The position numbers were made by a program, and so were the translations under genes. From contig NZ_SORI01000015.1 of assembly GCF_004366815.1 (NCBI RefSeq), positions 1,148-65,147 of the forward strand: a stretch of 64,000 nucleotides of DNA, written 5' to 3'. This DNA is from Aminivibrio pyruvatiphilus. Its GTDB lineage: Bacteria > Synergistota > Synergistia > Synergistales > Aminobacteriaceae. Shown here piece after piece: positions 28,414 through 37,953 of this stretch; position 1 is the first letter of the stretch; every line of letters begins with the position of its first letter. The notes beneath the pieces are model-generated. The model did no database searches, was not told the origin of the DNA, and saw nothing but the letters and a program-made list of their open reading frames with translations.

Positions 28414-29643
28414 ATGATGCCATCAGTTCTCGACCGTTTTTTGAAGTACATTCAGATCCCCACCCAGGCCGCCCACGGCAAAGATTCGGTTCCCAGCACC
28501 CCGGGGCAGATGACCCTTGCCGTAGAGCTTGGAAAGGAACTGCGGGCCCTGGGCCTTTCTGACGTGACCGTGGACGGGCACGCCTACGTCACGGCCACCC
28601 TCCCCGCCAACACGGACAAAAAGATCCCCGTCATCGCCTTCAACGCCCACCTGGACACGGCCCTGGAGGTCACGGACGACACGGTCCGTCCCCGGCTGGT
28701 GGAAAACTACGACGGAGGCGACATCGTCCTCAACGAAAAGGAGCGGGTGGTGCTCTCTCCTTCCACCTTCCCCGACCTGCTGAAGTACAGGGGCGAGACC
28801 CTGGTGGTCACCGACGGCACCACCCTCCTCGGCGCCGACGACAAGGCGGGAATCGCCGAGATCATGGCGGCCCTGGAATACATGACGAACCATCCGGAGT
28901 TCGTCCACGGCTGCGTGAAGGTGGTCTTCTCCCCGGACGAGGAGATCGGCCACGGGGCGAGCCTTCTGGATCTGGAGAAATTCGGCGCCGATTTCGCCTA
29001 CACCGTGGACGGCGGGGAAGCGGGGGAGATCAGCTACGAGACCTTCAACGCCGCCAGGGCGAAGGTGACGGTCCACGGACGGAGCGTCCACCCGGGCAAG
29101 TCCAAGAACAAGATGGTGAACTCCATCCTCCTGGGCATGGAGCTGGCCTCCATGTTCCCCGCGGACGAGACTCCGGCGACAACCGAGGCGTACGAGGGGT
29201 TCTTCCACCTCCTGGGCTTTTCGGGGAACGTGGAGACCACCACCATGGACTACATTATCCGGGACCACTCGCCGGAGAAGTTCCAGCAGAGAAAAAAGGC
29301 CATGGAGGACGCCGTGACGGCTTTGAACGGCCGGTACGGCCAGGGCACGGCGGATCTGGATATGGCCGACCAGTACTACAACATGCTGGAGAAGGTCAAG
29401 CCGGTGATGCATATCGTGGACACCGCTATGGATGCCATGAGGCAGTTGGACATCGAGCCGAAGGTCATCCCGGTCAGGGGGGGCACCGACGGCTCCCAGC
29501 TCAGCTACCGGGGGCTTCCGGCCCCGAACCTTTTCTCCGGCGGGCACAACGCCCACGGAAAGCACGAATTCATCGCCGTCTCCTCCATGGAGAAGGCGGT
29601 GAAGCTGATACTGAAGATCGTGGAGCTCTACGCGGGGAAATAG
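28414..29643 (+). CDS. pepT: Peptidase T (tripeptide aminopeptidase, M20B)
   Basis: LLDRFLKYIQIPTQ...IAFNAHLDT...LGADDKAGIAEIMAALEY...FSPDEEIG...GGTDGSQLSYRGLP are PepT hallmark blocks. Confidence 0.85.
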   Translation: MMPSVLDRFLKYIQIPTQAAHGKDSVPSTPGQMTLAVELGKELRALGLSDVTVDGHAYVTATLPANTDKKIPVIAFNAHLDTALEVTDDTVRPRLVENYDGGDIVLNEKERVVLSPSTFPDLLKYRGETLVVTDGTTLLGADDKAGIAEIMAALEYMTNHPEFVHGCVKVVFSPDEEIGHGASLLDLEKFGADFAYTVDGGEAGEISYETFNAARAKVTVHGRSVHPGKSKNKMVNSILLGMELASMFPADETPATTEAYEGFFHLLGFSGNVETTTMDYIIRDHSPEKFQQRKKAMEDAVTALNGRYGQGTADLDMADQYYNMLEKVKPVMHIVDTAMDAMRQLDIEPKVIPVRGGTDGSQLSYRGLPAPNLFSGGHNAHGKHEFIAVSSMEKAVKLILKIVELYAGK

Positions 29644-29644
29644 G

Positions 29645-30520
29645 AGGGGTTGGAGTTCCGGGTAATTTTGTCATCCCGAGGCCGGTTTTTTGGCCGATCG
29701 CGCAGCATCCCCGGAGGGGGAGGATCTCGGATTTAGTGATTTCCGGAATCAAGAGCAGATCCTTCGCTCCGCTCAGGATGACAAGCAAATGCGCTCATTC
29801 GGGACAGGGGTAGCCTGTCATCCTGAGGCCGGGTTCATGGCCGAAGGATCTCGGCTTTGACTCACTGAAAATCAAAATCGAGATCCCTCCCCCCCTCCGG
29901 GGATGCTCCGCGATCCCTTCGGTCGTTCGGGATGACAAGCAAAAGCACTCCTTCGGGACAGGGGTAGTCTGTCATCCCGAGGCCTGCTCTCTGACCGATC
30001 TCATCCCCGGAGGGGGAGGATCTCGGATTTAGTGATTTCCGGAATCAAGAGCAGATCCTTCGCTCCGCTCAGGATGACAAGCAAATGCGCTCCTCAGGAT
30101 GACAAGCAAAAGCACTCCTTCGGGACAGGGGTAGCCTGTCATCCTGAGGCCGGGTTCATGGCCGAAGGATCTCGGCTTTGAGTCACTGAAAATCAAAATC
30201 GAGATCCCTCCCCCCCTCCGGGGATGCTCCGCGATCCCTTCGGTCGTTCGGGATGACAGGCAAAAGCACTCCTTCGGGACAGGGGTAGCCTGTCATCCTG
30301 AGGCCGGGTTCATGGCCGAAGGATCTCGGCTTTGAGTCACTGAAAATCAAAAACGAGATCCCTCCCCCCCTCCGGGGATGCTCCGCGATCCCTTCGGTCG
30401 TTCGGGATGACAGGCATTGGCCTCCTGAAAACCAAATGCGAGATCCTTCGTGCCCTCCGGGGATGCTACGCGATCGCTTCGCTTCTCAGGATGACAGCTC
30501 CTGGTTTTGCTTTCTATTTC
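29645..30520. repeat. Largest intergenic repeat array: a ~155-bp unit x3 interleaved with a ~130-bp unit x2
   Basis: 155-bp unit (GCAAAAGCACTCCTTCGGGACAGGGGTAGCCTGTCATCCTGAGGCCGGGTTCATGGCCGAAGGATCTCGGCTTTGAGTCACTGAAAATCAAAATCGAGATCCCTCCCCCCCTCCGGGGATGCTCCGCGATCCCTTCGGTCGTTCGGGATGACA) at ~29790, 30105 and 30263. 130-bp unit at ~29668 and 29965. Confidence 0.85.
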
Positions 30521-31263
30521 GACTGCCGCACCACCAGGGCAGCGAAGTACCCCGCGCCGAGGCCGTTGTCGATGTTCATCACCGACACTCCCGAAGCGCA
30601 GGAGTTCAGCATGGTGAGCAGGGGCGCAATGCCTCCGAGGTTCGCGCCGTAGCCGGTGCTCGTGGGTACGGCCACCACGGGACAGGACACCAGCCCCCCG
30701 ACGACGCTGGGAAGGGCTCCCTCCATGCCCGCCACGGCCACGATGGCCCTGGACCGCTGCAGAACGTCCACATGGGCGAGGAGCCTGTGCAGCCCCGCCA
30801 CCCCCACGTCGTACAGCCGTTCCACCGTGCACCCCATGTATTCGGCGGTGACCGCCGCCTCCTCCGCCACGGGAACGTCGCTGCTGCCCGCCGTGATGAC
30901 CGTGAGCCCCTCGCAGGCAGGATAGTCCTTCCTCTTCGCCCCGATGATCCGGGCTTTTTCGTGGAATACGGCGTCCTGCAGGTGGCTCCGGACGATGCCG
31001 TACTGGTGGGCAGTAGCCCTCGAAAAGAGGATGTTGTCCTCCGTTCCGGCGAGGGCCGAGGCGATCGATTCGATCTGGGAATCGCTCTTTCCGGGGCAGT
31101 AGACGATCTCCCCGAAGCCTTTCCGGAGGGCCCTGTGGGTGTCGAATTTCACCTCCCCGAGGTCCCGGAAGGGCATTGCCCGTATCTGCCGAACCAGCTC
31201 GTTTTCGTCGAGATCTCCGTCCTTCACCCGGCGGATGAGGGAAAGAAGACTGTGTTCATCCAT
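30514..31263 (-). CDS. LarB-like (PurE-fold) nickel-pincer cofactor biosynthesis carboxylase/hydrolase homolog, orphan (no larC/larE/larA nearby)
   Basis: PurE-like fold with the C-terminal AVAGMEGALPSVVGGLVSCPVVAVPTSTGYG block, plus the LarB-type N-terminal extension. Confidence 0.65.
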   Translation of the reverse strand: MDEHSLLSLIRRVKDGDLDENELVRQIRAMPFRDLGEVKFDTHRALRKGFGEIVYCPGKSDSQIESIASALAGTEDNILFSRATAHQYGIVRSHLQDAVFHEKARIIGAKRKDYPACEGLTVITAGSSDVPVAEEAAVTAEYMGCTVERLYDVGVAGLHRLLAHVDVLQRSRAIVAVAGMEGALPSVVGGLVSCPVVAVPTSTGYGANLGGIAPLLTMLNSCASGVSVMNIDNGLGAGYFAALVVRQSK

Positions 31264-31414
31264 TGACCGCTCCGTCCTTTCGTCCCTGTTGGGCTCTCTG
31301 ATGCTCCATCTCCGGCAAGATATGGTAGCATATATTACCGCACCCTTGGGATTGTCCCCCGAAAAAGGGGGGGAAGTACCCCGGGACACGGCACGAAAGG
31401 CGGTGCGCTCGAGC

Positions 31415-32587
31415 ATGGCGATGATTCAGGTTGTGAGTTTCGATTCCGGGCTGGATCCTCACGAGGTCCTGGCCTGGCGTTACAGGGACCCGGAGAATCC
31501 CGGGAAGGGCGATGAACTGGGCACATGGACCCAGCTCGTGGTGGACGAGTCCCAGGAGGCTGTCCTCTACAGAAACGGACAGGCCCTGGATCTCTTCGGC
31601 CCGGGCAGGTATACCCTGTCCACGGCCAACATGCCCCTTCTCTCGAAGGTGGTGAACCTTCCCTTCGGAGGAGAATCTCCCTTCAAGGCATGGGTCTGGT
31701 TCGTCAACAGGGTTCACTCCCTCGACGTGAAGTGGGGCACTGTCTCACCCATCCAGCTCCAGGACCCGAAGTACGGTGTCCTGCTGCCCGTGCGTTCCTA
31801 CGGCCAGTTCGGCATCCGCATCGGGGATTCCCGGAAGTTCCTGGTCAAGCTCGTCGGGGCCGCATCCCGGCTCGACCGGGAGACGCTGTTGAAGCATTTC
31901 CGCGGACTGCTTCTCACCCGGATCCATGACCTCATTTCCACCTACCTGATCCACAAGAAAATTTCCGTGGTGGAAGTCAACGCGTGGCTCGACGAGATCT
32001 CCGGCGAGATGAGGGACAGGGTGGCACCCCTGTTCCGGGAGTACGGCGTGGAGGTGCTCAACTTCTTCGTGAACTCCATCAATGTTCCGGAGGAGGACCC
32101 CGCCGTGGCGGAGCTCAAGAAGACCCTCACCGAGCGGGCAAAGATGGAGGTGCTGGGCTACAGCTACCAGCAGATGCGCTCCTTCGACGCCCTTGAGAAG
32201 GCGGCCTCCAACGAAGGGGGAGGAAGTCTCATCAACGCCGGGCTCGGGCTCGGAGTGGGCGTGGGCGGCGCCTTCGGCAGGCTGGCGGAGCAGATGGGGC
32301 AGAATCTTACCCCGGCGGCGCCTTCCTCCCGGACCTGCGGAAAGTGCGGCACGTCTGTATCGGAGGGGGCCAGGTTCTGTTCCGGATGCGGCGCCCCGAT
32401 GCCCGGCAGGACCGTCTGCCCCGGGTGCGGCGCCGCCCTTTCCGGGGGGATGAAGTTCTGCCCGGAATGCGGCATGGCCCTGTCGTCCCGATGCCCCTCC
32501 TGCGGAAAGGCGGCCTCACCCGGAGCGAGATTCTGCCCGGAGTGCGGGGCGGGGCTTGGTGTGAAAAACAGCCCTGAAGATAGATAA
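31415..32587 (+). CDS. SPFH/Band-7 domain protein with C-terminal tandem zinc-ribbon motifs
   Basis: SPFH-like core. Tail carries four CxxC pairs (CGKCG...CSGCG...CPGCG...CPECG...CPSCG...CPECG), i.e. a double zinc-ribbon. Confidence 0.7.
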   Translation: MAMIQVVSFDSGLDPHEVLAWRYRDPENPGKGDELGTWTQLVVDESQEAVLYRNGQALDLFGPGRYTLSTANMPLLSKVVNLPFGGESPFKAWVWFVNRVHSLDVKWGTVSPIQLQDPKYGVLLPVRSYGQFGIRIGDSRKFLVKLVGAASRLDRETLLKHFRGLLLTRIHDLISTYLIHKKISVVEVNAWLDEISGEMRDRVAPLFREYGVEVLNFFVNSINVPEEDPAVAELKKTLTERAKMEVLGYSYQQMRSFDALEKAASNEGGGSLINAGLGLGVGVGGAFGRLAEQMGQNLTPAAPSSRTCGKCGTSVSEGARFCSGCGAPMPGRTVCPGCGAALSGGMKFCPECGMALSSRCPSCGKAASPGARFCPECGAGLGVKNSPEDR

Positions 32588-32602
32588 ATGGAAGGTGATG
32601 TC

Positions 32603-33358
32603 ATGAACAGGGTATTCACGAAAGGGTTCATTCTGCTGGCCGTTCTCCTGGTGGTTCTGGCGGGGCTTTCCGCGGTGATGCTCCTTCTCACGCCGGAGGA
32701 GGCCAGGACAGGGAATTTCTGGATTTCCTTCTGGACGATCATCTTTGCGGTGGTCCTCGCCTTCCTCTATATGCTCTTCCACGTCTTCGCCGGGCGGGAG
32801 GGAACGGCTCCCCTGCCTCTCCTCCTGGGATTGTCCGTGACCTTCGCGCTGTACTGCGCCTTCGTCCTGGGAAATGTGGCCGTATCCCACTATCTTCTCG
32901 GCCTGTCCCGGAACGCCTACCTGGCCACCCACATCCTCGGGTTCCTGGTCCTGGCGGGAGGCGGGGGAGCGCTCACCATCCTTTCCCTCAGTACGAAGGA
33001 GGCTGACACGGCAGTCTCCGTCAAGAGAAGCAGGCTTTTCGTCCTCACCACCCGCATCGGTTCCGTGGCGGAGGAACTGAACCTCTGCCCGTACCGGGAG
33101 ATGGCGTCCGGCATCATCGTCGGACTGAAGGACCTGAAGGAGGCCATCCGTTTCAGCGACCCCATGAGCGCGGGAGGGGAAGACGGGGAGGAGAAGGTGG
33201 TCCTTGCCGTGGGAGCGCTCGAGGACAAGTGCCGGCGTTTTATGTCCCTTCCGTCCGGCGGGGAGAGGGAAAAGGCGGTGCAGGAGATAGAAAACCTTAT
33301 CGAAAGGGCGTTTGCTGCCCTCAAGGCCAGAAACGAGGAAGTCCTTCACGGAAAGTAG
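32603..33358 (+). CDS. Hypothetical membrane protein downstream of the SPFH gene
   Basis: Four or more predicted TM helices followed by a soluble coiled C-terminus. RBS GGAAGGTGA before the ATG at 32603. Confidence 0.5.
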   Translation: MNRVFTKGFILLAVLLVVLAGLSAVMLLLTPEEARTGNFWISFWTIIFAVVLAFLYMLFHVFAGREGTAPLPLLLGLSVTFALYCAFVLGNVAVSHYLLGLSRNAYLATHILGFLVLAGGGGALTILSLSTKEADTAVSVKRSRLFVLTTRIGSVAEELNLCPYREMASGIIVGLKDLKEAIRFSDPMSAGGEDGEEKVVLAVGALEDKCRRFMSLPSGGEREKAVQEIENLIERAFAALKARNEEVLHGK

Positions 33359-33389
33359 GCAATATTTTCCCCCTTTTTCCGTTTTTTTG

Positions 33390-33427
33390 GAGCCCTGTCC
33401 GCATTTTTTCGCACGGAGGGCTCTTTT
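33390..33427 (+). terminator. Candidate intrinsic terminator
   Basis: GAGCCCT...AGGGCTC stem followed by TTTTT. Confidence 0.4.
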
Positions 33428-33511
33428 TGCTTTACAATAACGGATGTCACCCGCAGGTGATATGTGCGGTTCATGCCGCACTCGGAGAATAAACCGAAGG
33501 GGGAGAATTCT

Positions 33512-34984
33512 ATGGAAAGACTTGAAAAGATAATCCTGGACAATCTGCGCCTCGAACCGGAGAAGTCCTGTCTCTGGTGGGAGGGAAAGTGGTGGACCAA
33601 CGGAGACCTGCTTCGGCTGGTGGAACAGTCGGTGAAGGTTCTCGAGGAAGGGAAATTCAGGGCCGGCTATCGGCTTGCGGTGCTCCTGCCGAATTCGCCC
33701 CTCGTGCTGGCCCTCTCTCTTGCTGCGTGGAGACTGGGGGGAGCGATTTCCCCGCTGAACGCGAAATCGGGCCTTCCGTCGCTCATGGGAACCCTGCAGC
33801 TGGTGGAACCCTGCGCCGTGGTCGTCGCGCCCGGCCTTGACGAACTGAAGACGGCCCTCGAAGAGCAGGACGTGCCCGTGGTGGTGGCGGAATCCCTTTC
33901 AGACGCTCTGCCGCCCCTTACCGTGAAGGAAACCTCACTGGAGGACGATTCCCTGGCGGTGATCTTCGCCACGTCGGGAACCACCGGAATGCCCAAGGCC
34001 GTTCCCCTCACCCACGGCAACCTGCTGGACAACTCCATGAGGATGTACGAAGCCCTTGAGCTCCTCGAGGAAGGGGATACCCTCCTCAACGTGCTGCCGA
34101 ACTTCCATTCCTTCGGCTACACCGTGGGCGGCCTCATGCCCCTGGTGAAAAAACTCCGGCAGACCCTCCTCGCCTCGTTCCTCCCCCCGGTAGAATCCAT
34201 GAAAGCCATCCACGCGTCGGGGACCAATGTCATCCTGGCGGTTCCCGCCATGCTCCACTTCATGATCGTCGCCGTGAGCAAGGGCGCCCCGAAACCAGCG
34301 GGCCTGAAGATGGCCGTCACCGGGGGAGACCGGCTGAACGTGCAGCTTGACGGCAAGGCCGAGGAGGTCCTCGGGGCAGCGGTCATCGAAGGATACGGCC
34401 TCACCGAGTGTTCGCCCGTGGTGGCGGTGAACCGGAACTACAAGGACCGTCGTCTCGGCACCGTGGGACCCATAGTGAGGGGGTACGAGTGGAAGCTCCT
34501 CAACGACAAGAACGAGGATGTGACCTCCTCGGGCGAAGGGGTGCTCTGGGTGAAGGGGCCTTCCGTCACCTCCGGCTACTTCAGGGATCCCGTCATGACG
34601 GCGGACCGTTTCACGGACGGCTGGTTCAACACCGGGGACTACGTCAGGATGGAAGACGGGTATGTCCGGATTCTCGACCGGGTGACGGATATCATCATCG
34701 TCGGCGGTTTCAACGTCTACCCCCAGGAGGTAGAGGCCATCCTCCACACCCACCCGGCGGTTTCCCAGGCCGTGGTCGTAGGCATTCCCCACCCTGTGAA
34801 CGGCGAAGTGCCCAAGGCCTTCATCCGGCTCCACGAGGGGGCCCATGCCACGCCGAGGGAGATTATCGACTTCTGCAAGAAGCACCTCGCCCATTTCAAG
34901 GTTCCGAGGAGCGTGGAATTCATGGAGGCCTTCCCCCTGTCGAGCACGGGGAAGGTGCTCCGGAGACTGCTGCGGCAGAAATAA
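33512..34984 (+). CDS. AMP-binding acyl-CoA synthetase (long-chain-fatty-acid--CoA ligase-like)
   Basis: AMP-binding signature IFATSGTTGMPKAV. Also GYGLTECSP, TGDYVRMEDGYVRILDR, GKVLRRLL. Confidence 0.85.
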   Translation: MERLEKIILDNLRLEPEKSCLWWEGKWWTNGDLLRLVEQSVKVLEEGKFRAGYRLAVLLPNSPLVLALSLAAWRLGGAISPLNAKSGLPSLMGTLQLVEPCAVVVAPGLDELKTALEEQDVPVVVAESLSDALPPLTVKETSLEDDSLAVIFATSGTTGMPKAVPLTHGNLLDNSMRMYEALELLEEGDTLLNVLPNFHSFGYTVGGLMPLVKKLRQTLLASFLPPVESMKAIHASGTNVILAVPAMLHFMIVAVSKGAPKPAGLKMAVTGGDRLNVQLDGKAEEVLGAAVIEGYGLTECSPVVAVNRNYKDRRLGTVGPIVRGYEWKLLNDKNEDVTSSGEGVLWVKGPSVTSGYFRDPVMTADRFTDGWFNTGDYVRMEDGYVRILDRVTDIIIVGGFNVYPQEVEAILHTHPAVSQAVVVGIPHPVNGEVPKAFIRLHEGAHATPREIIDFCKKHLAHFKVPRSVEFMEAFPLSSTGKVLRRLLRQK

Positions 34985-35002
34985 GCCCGGAATGGAAACA
35001 TG

Positions 35003-35036
35003 AAACATGGGCGGGGGGCTGTTCCCCCGCCCATGT
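35003..35036. terminator. Bidirectional terminator between convergent genes
   Basis: AACATGGGCGGGGG-gctgtt-CCCCCGCCCATGTT perfect 14-bp stem followed by a T-tract. Confidence 0.6.
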
Positions 35037-36221
35037 TTATTTTCCGAACCAGAATTCCGTGCGGGTGCAGAACTTCACGAGCATGAGCATCACCGGCACC
35101 TCGATGAGCACGCCCACCACCGTTGCAAGGGCGGCGCCTGAAGAAAGGCCGAACAGCATGGCGGCAGTGGCGATGGCCACCTCGAAATGATTCGAGGCGC
35201 CGATCATGGCGGAAGGAGCGGCGTCCTGGTAGGAGAGACCCAGTTTCTTCGACATCCAGTACCCCAGCCCGAAGATCAGCACTGTCTGGAGGAAGAGGGG
35301 GACGGCGATCCAGAGGATCGTCAGCGGATTGGCGACGATGACCTCCCCTTTGAAGGAGAAGAGCAGCACGAGGGTGATGAGAAGGGCCATGATGGTGACC
35401 GGCGTCAGGAAGTGGAGAAACTTCTCCCGGAACCAGGTCTCTCCTTTTGCCGTGAGGATCATCTTTCTGGAAATATAGCCCGCCGCCAGGGGCAGGGCCA
35501 CGTAGACCGCGATGGAGAGGGCGAGGGCCTGCCACGGTACCGGAATGCGTCCCACGCCGAGAAGGAACCCTCCCAGGGGGCCGTAGAGAAAGAGCATGGT
35601 GAGGGAATTGATGGCCACCATCACGAGGGTGTGTCCGTCGTTTCCCCGTGCGAGGTACCCCCATACCAGCACCATGGCGGTGCAGGGGGCTATGCCCAGG
35701 AGAATGCACCCTGCGAGGTAACTCCGCCACAGGGGGACGGAGAGCATCCGGACGCCGTTTTCAAGGACCACTGTGCCGAGGCCGTACGTCGCCCCCGGCT
35801 CGAGGTCGAGGCCGAAGGGAAGCCGCACCAGGTCCACGGCGTCGGGACCGATGAAGTGAAGGAAGACCTTACCGAGGAAGAATACGGCGATGGCGTACAT
35901 GGTGAAGGGCTTCACCGCCCAGTTGATGAAGAGGGTCAGCCCGACCGGCCTGGTGCTCTTTCCCGCCTTCACCACCTCGGCGAAATCGATCTTCACCATG
36001 ATGGGGTACATCATGAAGAAGAGGCATATGGCGATGGGAATCGAGATCACCGGCGCCCCTCCCACGGAAAGGGCCATGCCGTCGAGGGTCTTCGCGAAGT
36101 CCGGGGCTGCCCTGCCGAGCCCGACCCCTGCGAGGATGCTCAATATGACCCAGACGGTGAGATATTTTTCAAAGAAACCGAGTCCTTTTGCTTCTTTTGT
36201 GATGCAGGCCTTGCCCTCCAT
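35037..36221 (-). CDS. acr3: ACR3-family arsenite efflux transporter
   Basis: [20 protein letters not shown]-terminus. Ten-TM BART-superfamily topology. Sits in the ars operon. Confidence 0.85.
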   Translation of the reverse strand: MEGKACITKEAKGLGFFEKYLTVWVILSILAGVGLGRAAPDFAKTLDGMALSVGGAPVISIPIAICLFFMMYPIMVKIDFAEVVKAGKSTRPVGLTLFINWAVKPFTMYAIAVFFLGKVFLHFIGPDAVDLVRLPFGLDLEPGATYGLGTVVLENGVRMLSVPLWRSYLAGCILLGIAPCTAMVLVWGYLARGNDGHTLVMVAINSLTMLFLYGPLGGFLLGVGRIPVPWQALALSIAVYVALPLAAGYISRKMILTAKGETWFREKFLHFLTPVTIMALLITLVLLFSFKGEVIVANPLTILWIAVPLFLQTVLIFGLGYWMSKKLGLSYQDAAPSAMIGASNHFEVAIATAAMLFGLSSGAALATVVGVLIEVPVMLMLVKFCTRTEFWFGK

Positions 36222-36224
36222 TTT

Positions 36225-37490
36225 CTAGTTCTCCTCCCGGGGAATCGTTTTTTTCATGACGGTGCTGCCCTGGGGGCACACCCTGTCCAGCGCGGAGCTC
36301 TGCATCAGAGGAGCGGGGATATCCTCCCTCCGGGCAGCGGTGAATCCGGCACGACCGAAGAACCGCTCCGCAGTTTCGGTAAGAAGATACACCGTCCTGA
36401 CTCCCTGCTCCCGGCCCCGGTCTATGATGGCATAGGTCATCCGCTCGCCGAAGCCCTTCTTCCTGTCCTTTAGCCGCACCGCGAGGGAACGGAGCAGCCC
36501 CGCGTCCCCCTGGATCTCCATGCCCGCGACCGCGGCAATGCCGTTTTGCTCCAGGACGAGGAAGTTCTCCGGCGATGCCGCCACGCCGAGGGGTGAGAGC
36601 CCGTTCTCCTCCAGGAGGGCCGCAATGGCGGGAACATCTTCAGGGACCGCAGTCCGGATGAAAAGATCCCTGCCTTCGATAGGTTCCACAGACGGCTTTT
36701 TCGCGAAGATCAGGGCGCTGGCCAGGGCGCCGCCGATTTCCCTCCGTTCTTCTTCGTCCAGGTCCGGAAAGGCGAATGCCGCCAGGGCGTCGGGAATGTC
36801 GAACACCTTTGTCCGGCGGATCTCCACCTCTTCGAAGCCCGCTTCCTTCAGAAGGCCGGCGTACTCCGTCTCCTGCAGCGCCCCGGAGATGCAGCCCGAC
36901 CAGGCGGCGAGATTTTTTACGGCCCGGTCCGTCACCGGGCGGACAAACACAGTATCGGAGACGCAGAACCGGCCGCCCGGGCGGAGCACCCGGAAGGCTT
37001 CCTTCAGCACCTTTTCCTTGTCGGGTGAAAGATTGATGACGCAGTTGGAGATGATCACGTCCACGGTGCCGCTCTCGAGGGGCATGTCCTCTATGTACCC
37101 CTTCACGAGGGTTACGTTGTCCAGCCCGTTGAGGTTTTTCGCCGCTGTCTCGAGCATCTCGTCGGTCATGTCCAGCCCGATGACTTTTCCGAAGGGTCCC
37201 GTGGCCTCCGAAGCCAGGAACAGGTCGAGTCCCGCGCCGCTTCCGAGGTCGAGGACGGTCTCCCCGGGATGTATCCGTGCTTCGGTCAGGGGGTTGCCGC
37301 AGCCAAAGGACTGCCCGGCCATGCCCTCCGGGGTTTTACCGAGTGTGGCGCCGTCGTAGTTGCCTTTCGTCATGTTCAGAATATCGGTTCGCCCCGCCGC
37401 CCCGCAGCACCCTCCCGAACCGCAGCAGCTGGAAGTGCTTTTGATCGCCCTGGCGTACCGTTCTTTCACGTAGTCCCTGATGTCGTCCAT
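36225..37490 (-). CDS. arsM: Arsenite S-adenosylmethionine methyltransferase (ArsM) fused to a C-terminal GNAT (ArsN-like) acetyltransferase domain
   Basis: Cys-rich N-terminus (SSCCGSGGCCG). SAM motif VLDLGSGAGLD. VDVIISNCVINLSPDKEKVLKEAFRVLRPGGRF. The last ~170 aa form a GNAT-like domain. Confidence 0.8.
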   Translation of the reverse strand: MDDIRDYVKERYARAIKSTSSCCGSGGCCGAAGRTDILNMTKGNYDGATLGKTPEGMAGQSFGCGNPLTEARIHPGETVLDLGSGAGLDLFLASEATGPFGKVIGLDMTDEMLETAAKNLNGLDNVTLVKGYIEDMPLESGTVDVIISNCVINLSPDKEKVLKEAFRVLRPGGRFCVSDTVFVRPVTDRAVKNLAAWSGCISGALQETEYAGLLKEAGFEEVEIRRTKVFDIPDALAAFAFPDLDEEERREIGGALASALIFAKKPSVEPIEGRDLFIRTAVPEDVPAIAALLEENGLSPLGVAASPENFLVLEQNGIAAVAGMEIQGDAGLLRSLAVRLKDRKKGFGERMTYAIIDRGREQGVRTVYLLTETAERFFGRAGFTAARREDIPAPLMQSSALDRVCPQGSTVMKKTIPREEN

Positions 37491-37497
37491 AGCCCGG

Positions 37498-37953
37498 CTA
37501 CCTCCTTTCCCCGTCCGCGAGGTTTTCCAGAAAGCGGGGAAGATCCTTGATGAATGCCCGTATCTCGTCCCTGACCCGCCGGTAGCAGTCCAGCTTTTCT
37601 TCCTCAGTTTTCTTTCCCCGGGCCAGCTTCGGGGGGTCGTCGAACCCCCGATGGACGACCCTGGATCCTCCGGGGAAGAAGGGGCACCGTTCGTCCGCAT
37701 CGCCGCACACGGTGATCACGAAGTCGAAGGGAATGTCCAGGAGTTCCGTGACGTTTTTTGACCGGTGTCCGGAAATGTCCGCCCCGGCCTCTTTCATCAC
37801 CGCCACGGCGTTAGGGTTCAGACCGTGAGTTTCGATTCCGGCAGACCAGACATCAATGATGTCCCCGTGGAAATGACGGGTCCAGCCTTCCGCCATCTGG
37901 CTTCGGCATGAGTTTCCCGTGCAGAGGAAAAGCACCTTCGTCCTGTCCTTCAT
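37498..37953 (-). CDS. arsC: Arsenate reductase, LMW-PTP type (thioredoxin-coupled ArsC)
   Basis: VLFLCTGNSCRSQMAEGW P-loop. Conserved downstream Cys (VITVCGDADERCP). Confidence 0.85.
   Translation of the reverse strand: MKDRTKVLFLCTGNSCRSQMAEGWTRHFHGDIIDVWSAGIETHGLNPNAVAVMKEAGADISGHRSKNVTELLDIPFDFVITVCGDADERCPFFPGGSRVVHRGFDDPPKLARGKKTEEEKLDCYRRVRDEIRAFIKDLPRFLENLADGERR

Noticed and set aside
780-30520. Whether the repeat arrays could be CRISPR arrays
   Set aside because: Units are long (110-155 bp), internally palindromic and heterogeneous. There are no constant short repeats separated by unique equal-length spacers, and no cas genes in the window.
30514-31263. Calling the PurE-fold gene as purE (AIR carboxylase)
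   Set aside because: It carries the longer LarB-type N-terminal extension and no purK is adjacent. LarB-like is kept, flagged as tentative.
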